A stretch of 64,000 bases of DNA from Candidatus Daviesbacteria bacterium (GCA_016184225.1 JACPDA010000005.1:67590-131589); one strand, 5' to 3'; shown: positions 9,173-20,272, counted from the first letter of the stretch. Notes: generated from the letters alone by a model not told the origin. Numbers and translations are program-made.

Positions 9173-11039
9173 TATTGGCACCGGCACAAATTTACAAGCC
9201 ATTATTGATGGGGTTAAGTCCGGGCAAATTACTGCCAGTATTGTAGCTGTTATAAGCGATACCCCGGATGCCAAAGGCTTAGAGCGGGCAAAAAAATACA
9301 AGTTACCGATTGAAGTAGTTTCCAAAAAAGAAAACCTGTTGCCTCTTTTGAAAAAATTAGATCCGGATTATGTCTGCCTGGCCGGATGGAAGCAGATTAT
9401 TCTAGACAGCGTGATTGATGCATTTCCCAACCGGATTTTAAATACCCATCCGGGGTTAATACCAGACAGTATGGATGGGGTTGTAAAAAACCCGGATGAA
9501 ACCGAGGCATTGTGGAATAAAGGAAAAATGACCGATAAAGCGGTACGAAATTTTCTGGAAACTAAAGCCACTTACGCCGGATGCACGAATCACTTTTTAT
9601 CGCTTGAATTTGATTTTGGCCCGGTGTTGGGCAGGTGTTTTGAAAAAATCAAAAAAGGAGACACAATTGAATCTTTATATAAAAGATTAAAGGTAAAGGA
9701 AAATAAATTATATGTGGATGTTTTAGCTAAGTTAGTGCTTTCCAAAACAGTTATGGTCATTGACGGTGGAGGCAGAGGGGCGGCGTTAGTTGATAAATAT
9801 GCTCAGTCTAAAAAGGTATCTAGAATACTGGTTGTACCAGGTAATGATTTGATGCAAGTAAATACTAAAAAGCCGGTTATCACATACCAAAATCTTAAAA
9901 CCACCAGTATTCCTGAAATTCTAAAAATTTGTCAAAAAGAGAAAGTAGATTTGGTAGATGTAGCTCAAGATAATGCAGTAGAAGCTGGGTTGGTAGATCG
10001 ATTGGCGGAAATTGGTATTAATGTATTCGGTCCTACAAGAAAAGCAGGACAGATTGAATGGGATAAGGCCTGGGCCAGGAAATTCATGGTTAAATATCAA
10101 ATTCCAACTCCGAAGTTTCACGCTTTTAATTCAACAAAAGAAGGAATAGATTTTGTCAAAAAATATCCTGATTCAAAATGGTTTGTCAAAGCATCTGGGT
10201 TAGCAGAAGGAAAAGGGGCGATACCGGCATCAACTATTAATGAAGCCATTACAGCTATTGAACAAATGCAAAAGTTTGGAAAGTCCGGAGAAACTTATCT
10301 TTTAGAAGAGTGGTTGATCGGGGAGGAATTTTCCGCATTTGCCCTAAGTGATGGAAAAGAATTTAAAATGGTCGGTTTTGCACAGGACCATAAAAGAGTA
10401 AATGATGGGGACCAGGGAGAAAATACAGGAGGGATGGGTTGTGTTTCCAATCCTTTAATAATTGACAAAAATATCAGAAAACAAACAGAAAACATTTTCA
10501 TAAAAGTAATAGATGGGTTAAAAGAAGAGGGACGGCCATATAAAGGAGTTTTGTATTTGGGAGGGATTGTGGTTGAAGGAAAGGTGTTTATTATAGAATT
10601 CAATGCCAGATGGGGAGATCCTGAGGCAGAGGCGGTACTACCTTCAATACAAAATAATCTTTTTGATTTAGCAAACACAATTAATCTGGGCGGATTAAAG
10701 AAATTAAAAATAAGAATTGATAAAAAAGTAAGAGTGGTGATTGCAGCAACAGCAAAAGGTTATCCGGTAGATTATAAATCAGTGAGGGGTAAAAAAGTTT
10801 TAGGGATTGATAAGGTAAAGGAGACCGGAGTAAAAATTTATGGATCAGGTATTAAAAAAGTGGATTCAGGTTATACAGTTAATGGCGGAAGAGTTTTGTA
10901 TATAGTTGGCGAAGGGAAAAATGTTATAGAGGCAAGAGAAAGAGCTTACAAGGCAATGAGGCTGATTAGCATTGAAGGAAATAACTTGCATTACAGAACA
11001 GACATTGGCTGGCGTGACCTAGAAAGGATAAAAAGATGA
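9144..11039 (+). CDS. purN-purD: Fused GAR transformylase (PurN) and GAR synthetase (PurD)
   Basis: N-terminal PurN (KIAVLISNIGTGTNLQAI, NTHPGLIP, EFDFGPVLG) runs straight into PurD ATP-grasp (VMVIDGGGRGAALVDKY). Start moved to the MKKIAVL methionine at 9144. Confidence 0.8.
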   Translation: MKKIAVLISNIGTGTNLQAIIDGVKSGQITASIVAVISDTPDAKGLERAKKYKLPIEVVSKKENLLPLLKKLDPDYVCLAGWKQIILDSVIDAFPNRILNTHPGLIPDSMDGVVKNPDETEALWNKGKMTDKAVRNFLETKATYAGCTNHFLSLEFDFGPVLGRCFEKIKKGDTIESLYKRLKVKENKLYVDVLAKLVLSKTVMVIDGGGRGAALVDKYAQSKKVSRILVVPGNDLMQVNTKKPVITYQNLKTTSIPEILKICQKEKVDLVDVAQDNAVEAGLVDRLAEIGINVFGPTRKAGQIEWDKAWARKFMVKYQIPTPKFHAFNSTKEGIDFVKKYPDSKWFVKASGLAEGKGAIPASTINEAITAIEQMQKFGKSGETYLLEEWLIGEEFSAFALSDGKEFKMVGFAQDHKRVNDGDQGENTGGMGCVSNPLIIDKNIRKQTENIFIKVIDGLKEEGRPYKGVLYLGGIVVEGKVFIIEFNARWGDPEAEAVLPSIQNNLFDLANTINLGGLKKLKIRIDKKVRVVIAATAKGYPVDYKSVRGKKVLGIDKVKETGVKIYGSGIKKVDSGYTVNGGRVLYIVGEGKNVIEARERAYKAMRLISIEGNNLHYRTDIGWRDLERIKR

Positions 11040-13858
11040 TACAGAAGATAAGAGTGCAAACAATTGGACAACCCAATATTAAAGTTTACCGGTTGGAAGG
11101 GATATCAGTAAAAGATGCTAAAATTCTGGCTGAAAAATTATTGTCAGAGCGAATTAATCAAAAATACACAATAAATCAGCCTATTGCCCGCGGCAAAGTT
11201 ATTGAAATCGCCTATAAACCTGGTGTGATGAATCCGGAGGTGGTATCGATAACCAAAGCTGCATCTGATTTGGGGATTAAACTTATTTCCTGCGACAGTT
11301 CCATTGAATACCTCAGTCAAAAAGTTTCCTTTAATCCTTTAACAGAACACATAATTACAGAAGAACCAAAAACTCTGATTTTAAAAGCTAAACCCGGAAA
11401 GACACAAATTATTTCTATAAGAAATTTGACTGACCAGCAGTTGTTGGATTTATCCAAAGATACGCTTTTCCTTAATTTGGAAGAGATGAAAAAAGTCCAG
11501 AAGTATTTCCAAAAAATAAAAAGAGATCCGTCAGATTTGGAGCTTGAGACTTTAGCCCAAACTTGGAGTGAGCATTCCGGCCATAAAACTTTTAAAGCGG
11601 ATTTAATAATAGACGGTAAGGAAAAAGAACCCCTGATGACTCGGCTGAAAAAGGAAGCCTTAAAACATGATAAAAATATTGTTTCTGCCTTTGTTGATAA
11701 TTCCGGTGTGATGGATTTTTACGACGGTTTTGGGATTTGCGGTAAAGTAGAAACTCATAATGCCCCTTCAGCAATCGAACCTTACGGCGGGGCCATGACT
11801 GGTTCAGGCGGAGTATTCCGGGATATTGCTGCTACTGGTAAAGGCGCAAAAAACATTGCCTCAACAGATGTCTTTTGTTTTGCTCCATTGGATTTATCAG
11901 CTAATGAATTGCCCATGGGGTGTTTGCCGCCTGAATATTTACTAAAAAGGGTTGTGGCCGGTGTCAGGGATTATGGTAATAGGATGGGAATTCCCACTAA
12001 TAATGGCTCAGTTCATTTTCACAAAGATTTCCGGGCCAAGCCTTCGGTGATTGTAGGGGCCTTTGGAATTGTTCCCAAAAAATATGCCAAAAAGGAAAAG
12101 CCAAAAGTGGAAGATCTGATAATTACAATCGGCGGCAGAACAGGTAGGGATGGAATTCATGGGGCTACATTTTCTTCCGGAGAAATGACTGAGAAAACAA
12201 TTGAAGTGCATTCTTCCGCAGTCCAAATTGGCAATGCTATTGAAGAAAAAAGGATGTTTGATGCGCTATTGGAGGCGCGTGATCAGGATTTAATAAGGTT
12301 GGTGCAGGATTGCGGCGGAGGAGGATTTTCCTCAGCAATTGGGGAAATAGGTGAGGAGTTGGGGGTCTTGATTGACCTTAAAAATGCTCCTTTAAAATAT
12401 CAGGGTTTAGCTCCTTGGGAAATTTGGATGTCAGAGTCACAAGAGCGGATGATTGTGGTTTTAGAAAAAATAAACCTGAAGAAATTTGAGGATATTTGTA
12501 AAAAGTACAATGTGGAATTTGCAGTTTTGGGAAAGTTTGATGGAAGTAAGAAATTGAATGTGACTTTTGAAGGTAAAGTAGCTGGTGATTTAGACATGCA
12601 ATTTCTTCATCATGGGTTACCAAAAAGGATTCTAATAGCAAAAAAATCAAATCGTCATTCTGGGGAGCAAAGCGACTCCAGAATCAAAAAAGGATCCTGG
12701 ACAAGCCAGGATGACAGAGTGGAACAGCCTAAGACTGAAAGAGAATGGATAAAGGTTTTAGAAAAAGTGCTAGCTCATGGAAATGTTAATTCCAAAGAAC
12801 CAATTGTTAGATTGTATGATCATTCAGTTCAAGGGACAAATGATCTGCAGTCTTATTCGGGAACTAATTTAGATGGGCCAAATGATTCACCGGTTCTCCG
12901 CCCTTTTCTTGATAAGAAGTATGGCATGGTAATTTCCCATGGATTAAATCCTGTCTTAAATAATATAGATCCGTATTGGGGGAGCATCTGGGCGGCAACA
13001 GAAGCACTCTCCAATTTTGTAGCAGTCGGAGGGAATTACAAAGAAGCTTGCTTAATTAATAATTATATTTGGCCATTTCCGGATGAGCAGTCTCTTTGGT
13101 CTTTAGATAGGTCGGTTGATGCGGTTGTAGATTTTATGAAAACTTTCAAGATTCCTGTAATTTCTGGGAAAGACAGTTTGTCCTCGTCTTACAGAAGCAA
13201 AGATGGAAAAGTAATTAAAATCCCACCTGTACTTTGTATCTCCGTTTTGGGAAAAATTCCTGATGCCGGAAAAACTGTTACTGCAGATTTTAAACGCAGT
13301 GGTTCAACAATTGTTTTAGTAGGTAAAATGGATAAGAATCTTGGAGGCTCTGTTTATTATCAAGTACTTTACCCTGAGCGAGCGGAGCAAGTCGAAGGGC
13401 CAAAAGTTGATTTGAAGATTTTGCCAAAGACTTTTGATGCAATTTGCAAAGGGATACAGACTGGTAAGATTCTATCTTCCCATGATGTTTCGGAAGGTGG
13501 CGTAATTGGGGCTATTTTTGAAATGTGTGTAGGCGGAGGAATGGGAGCGACCATTCACCTCGGAGGAGTAACTTCGTCACACCTCCGAGGTGACCGAATG
13601 GGCTCCTCGGAGGTGGAATTCTTGTTTAATGAAACAGCAGGGTGTTTTATTGTGGAGGTGGAAAATGAAAGTATGGCAAAACAACTTTTTAAGAATGTGC
13701 CATTTAGGATTTTAGGTAAAACAAAAGAAGGAAATAAAATGGAAATATATGGAAATAAGACAAGCTTGCCGCTTCGCGATAAAAAGAAATTATTTGTTGT
13801 GGATGTAAATGATTTGAAGAAAGTTTGGCAGGAACCAATGAGGAGGTTATTCCCATGA
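11036..13858 (+). CDS. purL: FGAM synthase synthetase subunit PurL with a PurS-like N-terminal domain
   Basis: The AIRS-like PurL core (HSGHKTFKA…NAPSAIEPYGGAMTG) is preceded by about 170 aa resembling the PurS / large-PurL N-terminus (YKPGVMNPEVVSITKAASDLGI). It contains an in-frame repeat-element insert (RHSGEQSDSRIKKGSWTSQDD). Confidence 0.85.
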   Translation: MIQKIRVQTIGQPNIKVYRLEGISVKDAKILAEKLLSERINQKYTINQPIARGKVIEIAYKPGVMNPEVVSITKAASDLGIKLISCDSSIEYLSQKVSFNPLTEHIITEEPKTLILKAKPGKTQIISIRNLTDQQLLDLSKDTLFLNLEEMKKVQKYFQKIKRDPSDLELETLAQTWSEHSGHKTFKADLIIDGKEKEPLMTRLKKEALKHDKNIVSAFVDNSGVMDFYDGFGICGKVETHNAPSAIEPYGGAMTGSGGVFRDIAATGKGAKNIASTDVFCFAPLDLSANELPMGCLPPEYLLKRVVAGVRDYGNRMGIPTNNGSVHFHKDFRAKPSVIVGAFGIVPKKYAKKEKPKVEDLIITIGGRTGRDGIHGATFSSGEMTEKTIEVHSSAVQIGNAIEEKRMFDALLEARDQDLIRLVQDCGGGGFSSAIGEIGEELGVLIDLKNAPLKYQGLAPWEIWMSESQERMIVVLEKINLKKFEDICKKYNVEFAVLGKFDGSKKLNVTFEGKVAGDLDMQFLHHGLPKRILIAKKSNRHSGEQSDSRIKKGSWTSQDDRVEQPKTEREWIKVLEKVLAHGNVNSKEPIVRLYDHSVQGTNDLQSYSGTNLDGPNDSPVLRPFLDKKYGMVISHGLNPVLNNIDPYWGSIWAATEALSNFVAVGGNYKEACLINNYIWPFPDEQSLWSLDRSVDAVVDFMKTFKIPVISGKDSLSSSYRSKDGKVIKIPPVLCISVLGKIPDAGKTVTADFKRSGSTIVLVGKMDKNLGGSVYYQVLYPERAEQVEGPKVDLKILPKTFDAICKGIQTGKILSSHDVSEGGVIGAIFEMCVGGGMGATIHLGGVTSSHLRGDRMGSSEVEFLFNETAGCFIVEVENESMAKQLFKNVPFRILGKTKEGNKMEIYGNKTSLPLRDKKKLFVVDVNDLKKVWQEPMRRLFP
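12654..12715. repeat. Dispersed palindromic repeat family 2 (GTCATTCTGG…GACTCCAGAATC…GATYCTGGACAAGCCAGRATGAC), in-frame in purL
   Basis: gtcattctggggagcaaagcgactccagaatcaaaaaaggatcctggacaagccaggatgac. Confidence 0.75.
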
Positions 13859-14637
13859 AGCCCAAAGTATTAGTTTTAAAAGCAGATGGGACAAATCGGG
13901 ATTACGAGATGTCATATGCTTTCAATGTTGCCGGGGGGAATCCCAAAATAGTGCATGTAAATGAACTTAGAAACGGATCTGAAAAAATGAGTGATTATCA
14001 AATCCTTGCTTTGCCCGGTGGATTTGCCTATGGGGATGATATTGTTTCCGGAAAAATCCTGGCAATAGAACTTACCTCTTTTTTAGGTCAGGAAATGAGA
14101 AAGTTTATTGACAGAAAAGATACGGCAATAATTGGAGTGTGCAACGGGTTTCAGGTTTTAGTCAGAACCGGACTTTTGCCGTTTAGAAAAATCGGGGAAA
14201 TGGATGTGACTTTAACTAACAATGATTCAGGACATTTTGAATGCCGGTGGATTAAGTTAAAAGTTAACGGTAAAAACAACAGCAAATTCCTTCAGGGAAT
14301 AGATGGAATAATGTGGCTTCCCATAGCGCATGGAGAAGGAAAATTCCTTACCGATCAGAAAACTTTAAAAGAAATAGAAAATAAAAATCTGGTAGCCTTT
14401 AGGTATGTAGATGATAATGGCAGCCCGACACAAAAGTATCCGGATAATCCGAACGGTTCCTTAAATGCCATAGTCGGGATAACAGATGAGACGGGAAGAA
14501 TTTTAGGGATGATGCCGCATCCGGAGTGTTTTATTAGAGCAGAGCAACACCCAAACTGGAGACGTGGTACAGTGAAAGTTGACGGCTTACCAATTTTTGA
14601 AAATATAGTGAAATTTGCGAAGGAGAATAAAAAATGA
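13855..14637 (+). CDS. purQ: FGAM synthase glutaminase subunit
   Basis: Class I GATase with the catalytic Cys in GVCNGFQ and an ATGA overlap with purL. Confidence 0.85.
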   Translation: MKPKVLVLKADGTNRDYEMSYAFNVAGGNPKIVHVNELRNGSEKMSDYQILALPGGFAYGDDIVSGKILAIELTSFLGQEMRKFIDRKDTAIIGVCNGFQVLVRTGLLPFRKIGEMDVTLTNNDSGHFECRWIKLKVNGKNNSKFLQGIDGIMWLPIAHGEGKFLTDQKTLKEIENKNLVAFRYVDDNGSPTQKYPDNPNGSLNAIVGITDETGRILGMMPHPECFIRAEQHPNWRRGTVKVDGLPIFENIVKFAKENKK

Positions 14638-16193
14638 TTTTATTAATTGATTTCGGATCACAGACAACACATTTAATAGCAAGAAGGGTTAGAGAACTGG
14701 GGTCAGAGGTTGAGATTGCAACTCCCGAAGTTGCCGTACAAAAAATTAGAGCAGAGGAAATACAGGGAATAATTTTATCCGGAGGGCCGGCAGCGGTTTT
14801 TGAAAAACAGTCCCCGACAGTTAACCCGGAGATTTTTGAGTTAGGTATTCCGGTTTTAGGGATTTGTTACGGACAACAATTAATGTGTCATTTATTAGGA
14901 GGAGAAGTAGTGGCTGGTAGAAAAAGAGAGTATGGACCGGCGGTAGTTAGGCAACAGGCAACAGGCGATAAGCGGAGCTTGCGACCTAGCGGTCTTAGGC
15001 CACAGTTTTTGGAAGGGATACCGGATGAGTTTACCGCTTGGATGAGTCACGGGGATCAGGTAATTAAGATACCGGAAGGGTTTGTGACATATGGCACAAC
15101 GGAGACAATACCACACGCTATTATTGCTAATGAAAAAAGAAAATTTTATGGAATTCAGTTTCATCCTGAAGTGGTCCATACCGAATTTGGGGAACAAATC
15201 CTTAAAAACTTTTTAGAAATTTGTGGAATAAAAATAAAGAAACAAGAAATTGACGGCGAGTTTGTAGAAAATCTTATTAAAAATATCAGGGATTCGCTGG
15301 GAGAGGAAAAAGCGATTTGCGCTTTGTCCGGAGGAGTTGATTCTTCTGTGGTAGCGCTTTTGGTGCACAAAGCCATCGGTAAAAATTTAACATCTGTTTA
15401 TGTTGACTCCGGATTAATGAGGGAAGGCGAGACGGAAACTCTGAGGAGTGTTTTCCAACAGCATTACAAAATGAATGTTGATATAGTTGATGCAAAAAAA
15501 GAATTTCTCAAAGCATTAAAGAAAGTTGTGGATCCGGAGCAAAAAAGAAAAGCTATTGGCAAAACTTTTATAGAAGTTTTTGATAATGTGGCAAAAAAAA
15601 TTTATGCCAAGTTTTTGGTCCAGGGAACTATTTATCCGGATGTGATAGAGTCCGCCGGCAGCAAGCACTCGCAAAAAATAAAATCACACCACAATGTTGG
15701 AGGTTTGCCGGAAGAGATGAATTTAATTTTAATTGAACCTTTAAGAAATTTTTATAAAGATGAAGTAAGAAAAATTGGTAGGATTTTAGGACTCCCTGAT
15801 GAGATTATAGAAAGGCAACCTTTTCCCGGTCCGGCCCTTGCAGTAAGAATTATTGGTGAGGTGACAGAAGAAAAGTTAGAGATTTTAAGGAAAGCAGATA
15901 AAATTGTACTAGAGGAAATAGAAAAAGCCGGGTTAGGTAAAAAACTTTGGCAATATTTTGCAGTTTTTACCGGCATTAAAACTACCGGCGTCCGGGGAGA
16001 CCAGAGGTTTTACGGTGAAACAATTGCCATCCGGGCAATTGAAGCAACCGATGCCATGAGTGCCAGCTTTGCCAAACTGCCTTATGATTTACTTGATAAA
16101 ATTTCCACCAGGATTGTCAATGAGGTTCCCGAAGTGAACCGCGTAGTTTATGACATTACCAATAAACCCCCAGCCACTATGGAATGGGAGTAG
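14634..16193 (+). CDS. guaA: GMP synthase (glutamine-hydrolysing)
   Basis: GATase domain, ATP-PPase SGGVDSSV motif and a C-terminal dimerisation domain. Confidence 0.9.
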   Translation: MILLIDFGSQTTHLIARRVRELGSEVEIATPEVAVQKIRAEEIQGIILSGGPAAVFEKQSPTVNPEIFELGIPVLGICYGQQLMCHLLGGEVVAGRKREYGPAVVRQQATGDKRSLRPSGLRPQFLEGIPDEFTAWMSHGDQVIKIPEGFVTYGTTETIPHAIIANEKRKFYGIQFHPEVVHTEFGEQILKNFLEICGIKIKKQEIDGEFVENLIKNIRDSLGEEKAICALSGGVDSSVVALLVHKAIGKNLTSVYVDSGLMREGETETLRSVFQQHYKMNVDIVDAKKEFLKALKKVVDPEQKRKAIGKTFIEVFDNVAKKIYAKFLVQGTIYPDVIESAGSKHSQKIKSHHNVGGLPEEMNLILIEPLRNFYKDEVRKIGRILGLPDEIIERQPFPGPALAVRIIGEVTEEKLEILRKADKIVLEEIEKAGLGKKLWQYFAVFTGIKTTGVRGDQRFYGETIAIRAIEATDAMSASFAKLPYDLLDKISTRIVNEVPEVNRVVYDITNKPPATMEWE

Positions 16194-16346
16194 AGAATTT
16201 TCAATATTAATTAATTTTTATCTTGACATTTCATTGCGATTTTTCGAATAATCACTACAAAGTCGTTACAATTAAATTCTTCAGTAAAAGCAAATTTGCA
16301 ATAGAAGCCTTTATATTGTATACTATCGGATTATTTTAATAAAATT

Positions 16347-16778
16347 ATGGGAAGATCTGAAAATAAAGGGGAACGTACACATGAAGGTAAACCTTATCAA
16401 GGTACTATGATAAGAGAATTACGTCATGGTGTAGATAAATCACTTAAAGAATTTGCAGAAGAAGTCGGAATAGTCTCTGCTTCTCTCTCTAAGATAGAAA
16501 CAAATAGAGCTAGAGCAGGAAAAGAGCTTTTATCCAAAATTGCAGACAAGGTAGGTATTCTTGGGGGTGAATTATCAAAAACACCAATACACCCCAGATT
16601 GATAGAAATACAAAGGAAACCACGACAGACTTGTAGTTTACTGAGTGTAGGAGATCAAGTTAATGAAATGGTTATGAAGGCTAATTTATTGCCAGTTCAA
16701 CTCCAGTTAGCAGAACAGTTAATTTTAGATACTAGCAGAGCCATAATTCTGAGATTAGGTGTTTCTAACAAGCCTTAA
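16347..16778 (+). CDS. XRE-family helix-turn-helix transcriptional regulator
   Basis: HTH segment (IRELRHGVDKSLKEFAEEVGIVSASLSKIETN) with a TTGCAA-17-TATACT promoter upstream. Confidence 0.55.
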   Translation: MGRSENKGERTHEGKPYQGTMIRELRHGVDKSLKEFAEEVGIVSASLSKIETNRARAGKELLSKIADKVGILGGELSKTPIHPRLIEIQRKPRQTCSLLSVGDQVNEMVMKANLLPVQLQLAEQLILDTSRAIILRLGVSNKP

Positions 16779-16781
16779 ATT

Positions 16782-18164
<1,383 letters not shown>

Positions 18165-18166
18165 TT

Positions 18167-19183
18167 ATGGGAATTATAAAATACACAATTGTTACTTTAG
18201 GTTCTCACTCCGCCCTGCAAATCCTCAAAGGGGCAAAAGATGAAGGCTTTAAAACTGGCGTAGTAGCTACTCCGGATAGATTAACACTTTATAACTCCTA
18301 CAATAATTTTATTGATGAGATTTTAGAAATAGACTCCTGGAAAAATTTCCCCAGATTAGAAAAAGAGTTACTTAAAAGAAATGCCATTATAATTCCACAC
18401 GGCTCGTTTGTGGCATACCTTGGGATGGAACAAAATAAAAATATGAAAGTGGCATATTTTGGCAATAAGAAGGTTTTGGATTGGGAAGAAAACCGCAAAA
18501 TGCAAAGAAACTGGATGGAAGAGGCTAGAGTAAAAGTTCCACACCGGTTTAAAAGGGGAGACAAAATAGACCGACCGGTAATTGTTAAATCATATGGGGC
18601 TTCCGGTGGCAAAGGTTATTTTACTGCCAGAAACCAAAAAGAATTCGACGAAAAGTTAAAAGGTTACAATGAAGAACGATTTATGGTTCAAGAATATGTT
18701 ATTGGGGTGCCGCTCTATTTCCACTTTTTCTATTCGCCTTTGACCAAAAAAGTAGAATTAATGAGTGTTGATAAACGTTATGAAACAAATGTTGACTCAT
18801 TAGGCCGAATTCCGGCTAAAAATCAAAAAGGATTAAATATTGAACCGTCATTTGAGGTGGTGGCAAACATTCCATTGGCTGTTAGGGAGTCTATGATGGC
18901 GGAAGCAGTAGCAATGGCAGAGAGGGTGGTAAAAGCTTCTCAAAAACTTATACCAAGCAAAGGGCTTTTTGGTCCGTTTTGTTTGGAGACAATTATTACC
19001 TCATCTGAGGAAATTTATGTGATAGAAATCTCGGCCAGAATTGTAGCCGGGACAAATTGTTTTATAAATGGATCTCCTTATACTTACTTAAATTATGATG
19101 AACCAATGTCAACAGGAAGACGTATTGCCAGGGAGATAAAGAATGCAATAAACGCAAAGAAGCTTAAGGAGGTGCTGGATTGA
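18167..19183 (+). CDS. purP: FAICAR synthetase, archaeal type (PurP, ATP-grasp, formate-dependent)
   Basis: Strong resemblance to archaeal PurP (…TLGSHSALQILKGAK, IIPHGSFVAYLG, SGGKGYF, FFYSP…VELMSVDKRYETN). Confidence 0.8.
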   Translation: MGIIKYTIVTLGSHSALQILKGAKDEGFKTGVVATPDRLTLYNSYNNFIDEILEIDSWKNFPRLEKELLKRNAIIIPHGSFVAYLGMEQNKNMKVAYFGNKKVLDWEENRKMQRNWMEEARVKVPHRFKRGDKIDRPVIVKSYGASGGKGYFTARNQKEFDEKLKGYNEERFMVQEYVIGVPLYFHFFYSPLTKKVELMSVDKRYETNVDSLGRIPAKNQKGLNIEPSFEVVANIPLAVRESMMAEAVAMAERVVKASQKLIPSKGLFGPFCLETIITSSEEIYVIEISARIVAGTNCFINGSPYTYLNYDEPMSTGRRIAREIKNAINAKKLKEVLD

Positions 19184-20271
19184 AAAATAAACAATATACC
19201 ATTGCTGTTTTAGGTTCTCATTCTGCTTTAGATGTATGCCGTGGGGCTAAGGATTTAGGATTTAAGACACTAGTTATTTGTAAGAAGGGTAGAGAAAAAA
19301 CATACAAAGATTATTTTGCATCTGAAGGGGAACTGGGTTGTGTAGATGAAGTGATTGTGTTGGATGAATTCAAGGATATATTAAGCGAGAAAGTCCAGCA
19401 AGAACTTCTTAAGAGAAATTGTATTTTTATTCCACACAGATCTTTTGAAGTTTACATAAATGACTATAATGCGATTGAGAAAAAGTTTAAGGTGCCGATG
19501 TTCGGCAACAGGTTTTTGCTTAAAGCGGAAGAGCGGGGAGTGAAACCAAACCAGTATGATCTGCTCGACGCTGCCAAGATTCGTTACCCAAAGCAGTATA
19601 AGGATCCCAAGGAAATAGATAGACTTTGTATCGTTAAAGTGTTGGAAAAAGAACGCGGTTTTGAAAGGGCATTTTTCTTGGCCGAAAATTATGAGGACTT
19701 TGTTATGCATGCATCAAATGCAATTTCAGCTAATAGAATTACAAAACAACAATTAGAAAAAGCTGTCATTGAGGAGTTTATTTTTGGGGTGCAAGTTAAT
19801 TTTAATTTCTTTTATGACCCTATTAATAATAGGTTAGAATTAATTGGAACAGATACTAGAAGGCAAACAAATATTGAAGGGCTTATTAAAACTCCCGCTC
19901 CTTACCAGCAATCTATTATGGCAAGAACGCAGATCAAATATGAGGAAGCAGGTCATATTGCCGTTACAGTTTTGGAGTCTATGCTTGAGGATGCATTTGC
20001 CATAGGGGAAAGATTTGTTGAAGCTACTCAGAAGTTGTTTAAACCAGGAGTCATTGGGCCGTTTGGTTTACAAACAGTTATAACCGCCGGCCCGCCCAAA
20101 AAAGAGATTATTGTTTTTGATGTTTCCCCGAGAATGCCGGGATCTCCCGGGATATTGGCCACACCTTACAGTGGATATTTATATGGACAAAATATTTCTA
20201 TGGGAAAAAGAGTAGCCATGGAGATTAAGGAAGCGATTGAAAGAGGTCAGCTGGAAAGGATATTAACTTAA
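19180..20271 (+). CDS. purP: Second PurP-like paralog (FAICAR synthetase family)
   Basis: Same family as the upstream gene (LGSHSALDVCRGAK, FIPHRSF, NFFYDP…ELIGTDTRRQTN), in tandem with a 4-nt overlap. Confidence 0.75.
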   Translation: MKNKQYTIAVLGSHSALDVCRGAKDLGFKTLVICKKGREKTYKDYFASEGELGCVDEVIVLDEFKDILSEKVQQELLKRNCIFIPHRSFEVYINDYNAIEKKFKVPMFGNRFLLKAEERGVKPNQYDLLDAAKIRYPKQYKDPKEIDRLCIVKVLEKERGFERAFFLAENYEDFVMHASNAISANRITKQQLEKAVIEEFIFGVQVNFNFFYDPINNRLELIGTDTRRQTNIEGLIKTPAPYQQSIMARTQIKYEEAGHIAVTVLESMLEDAFAIGERFVEATQKLFKPGVIGPFGLQTVITAGPPKKEIIVFDVSPRMPGSPGILATPYSGYLYGQNISMGKRVAMEIKEAIERGQLERILT

Positions 20272-20272
20272 T

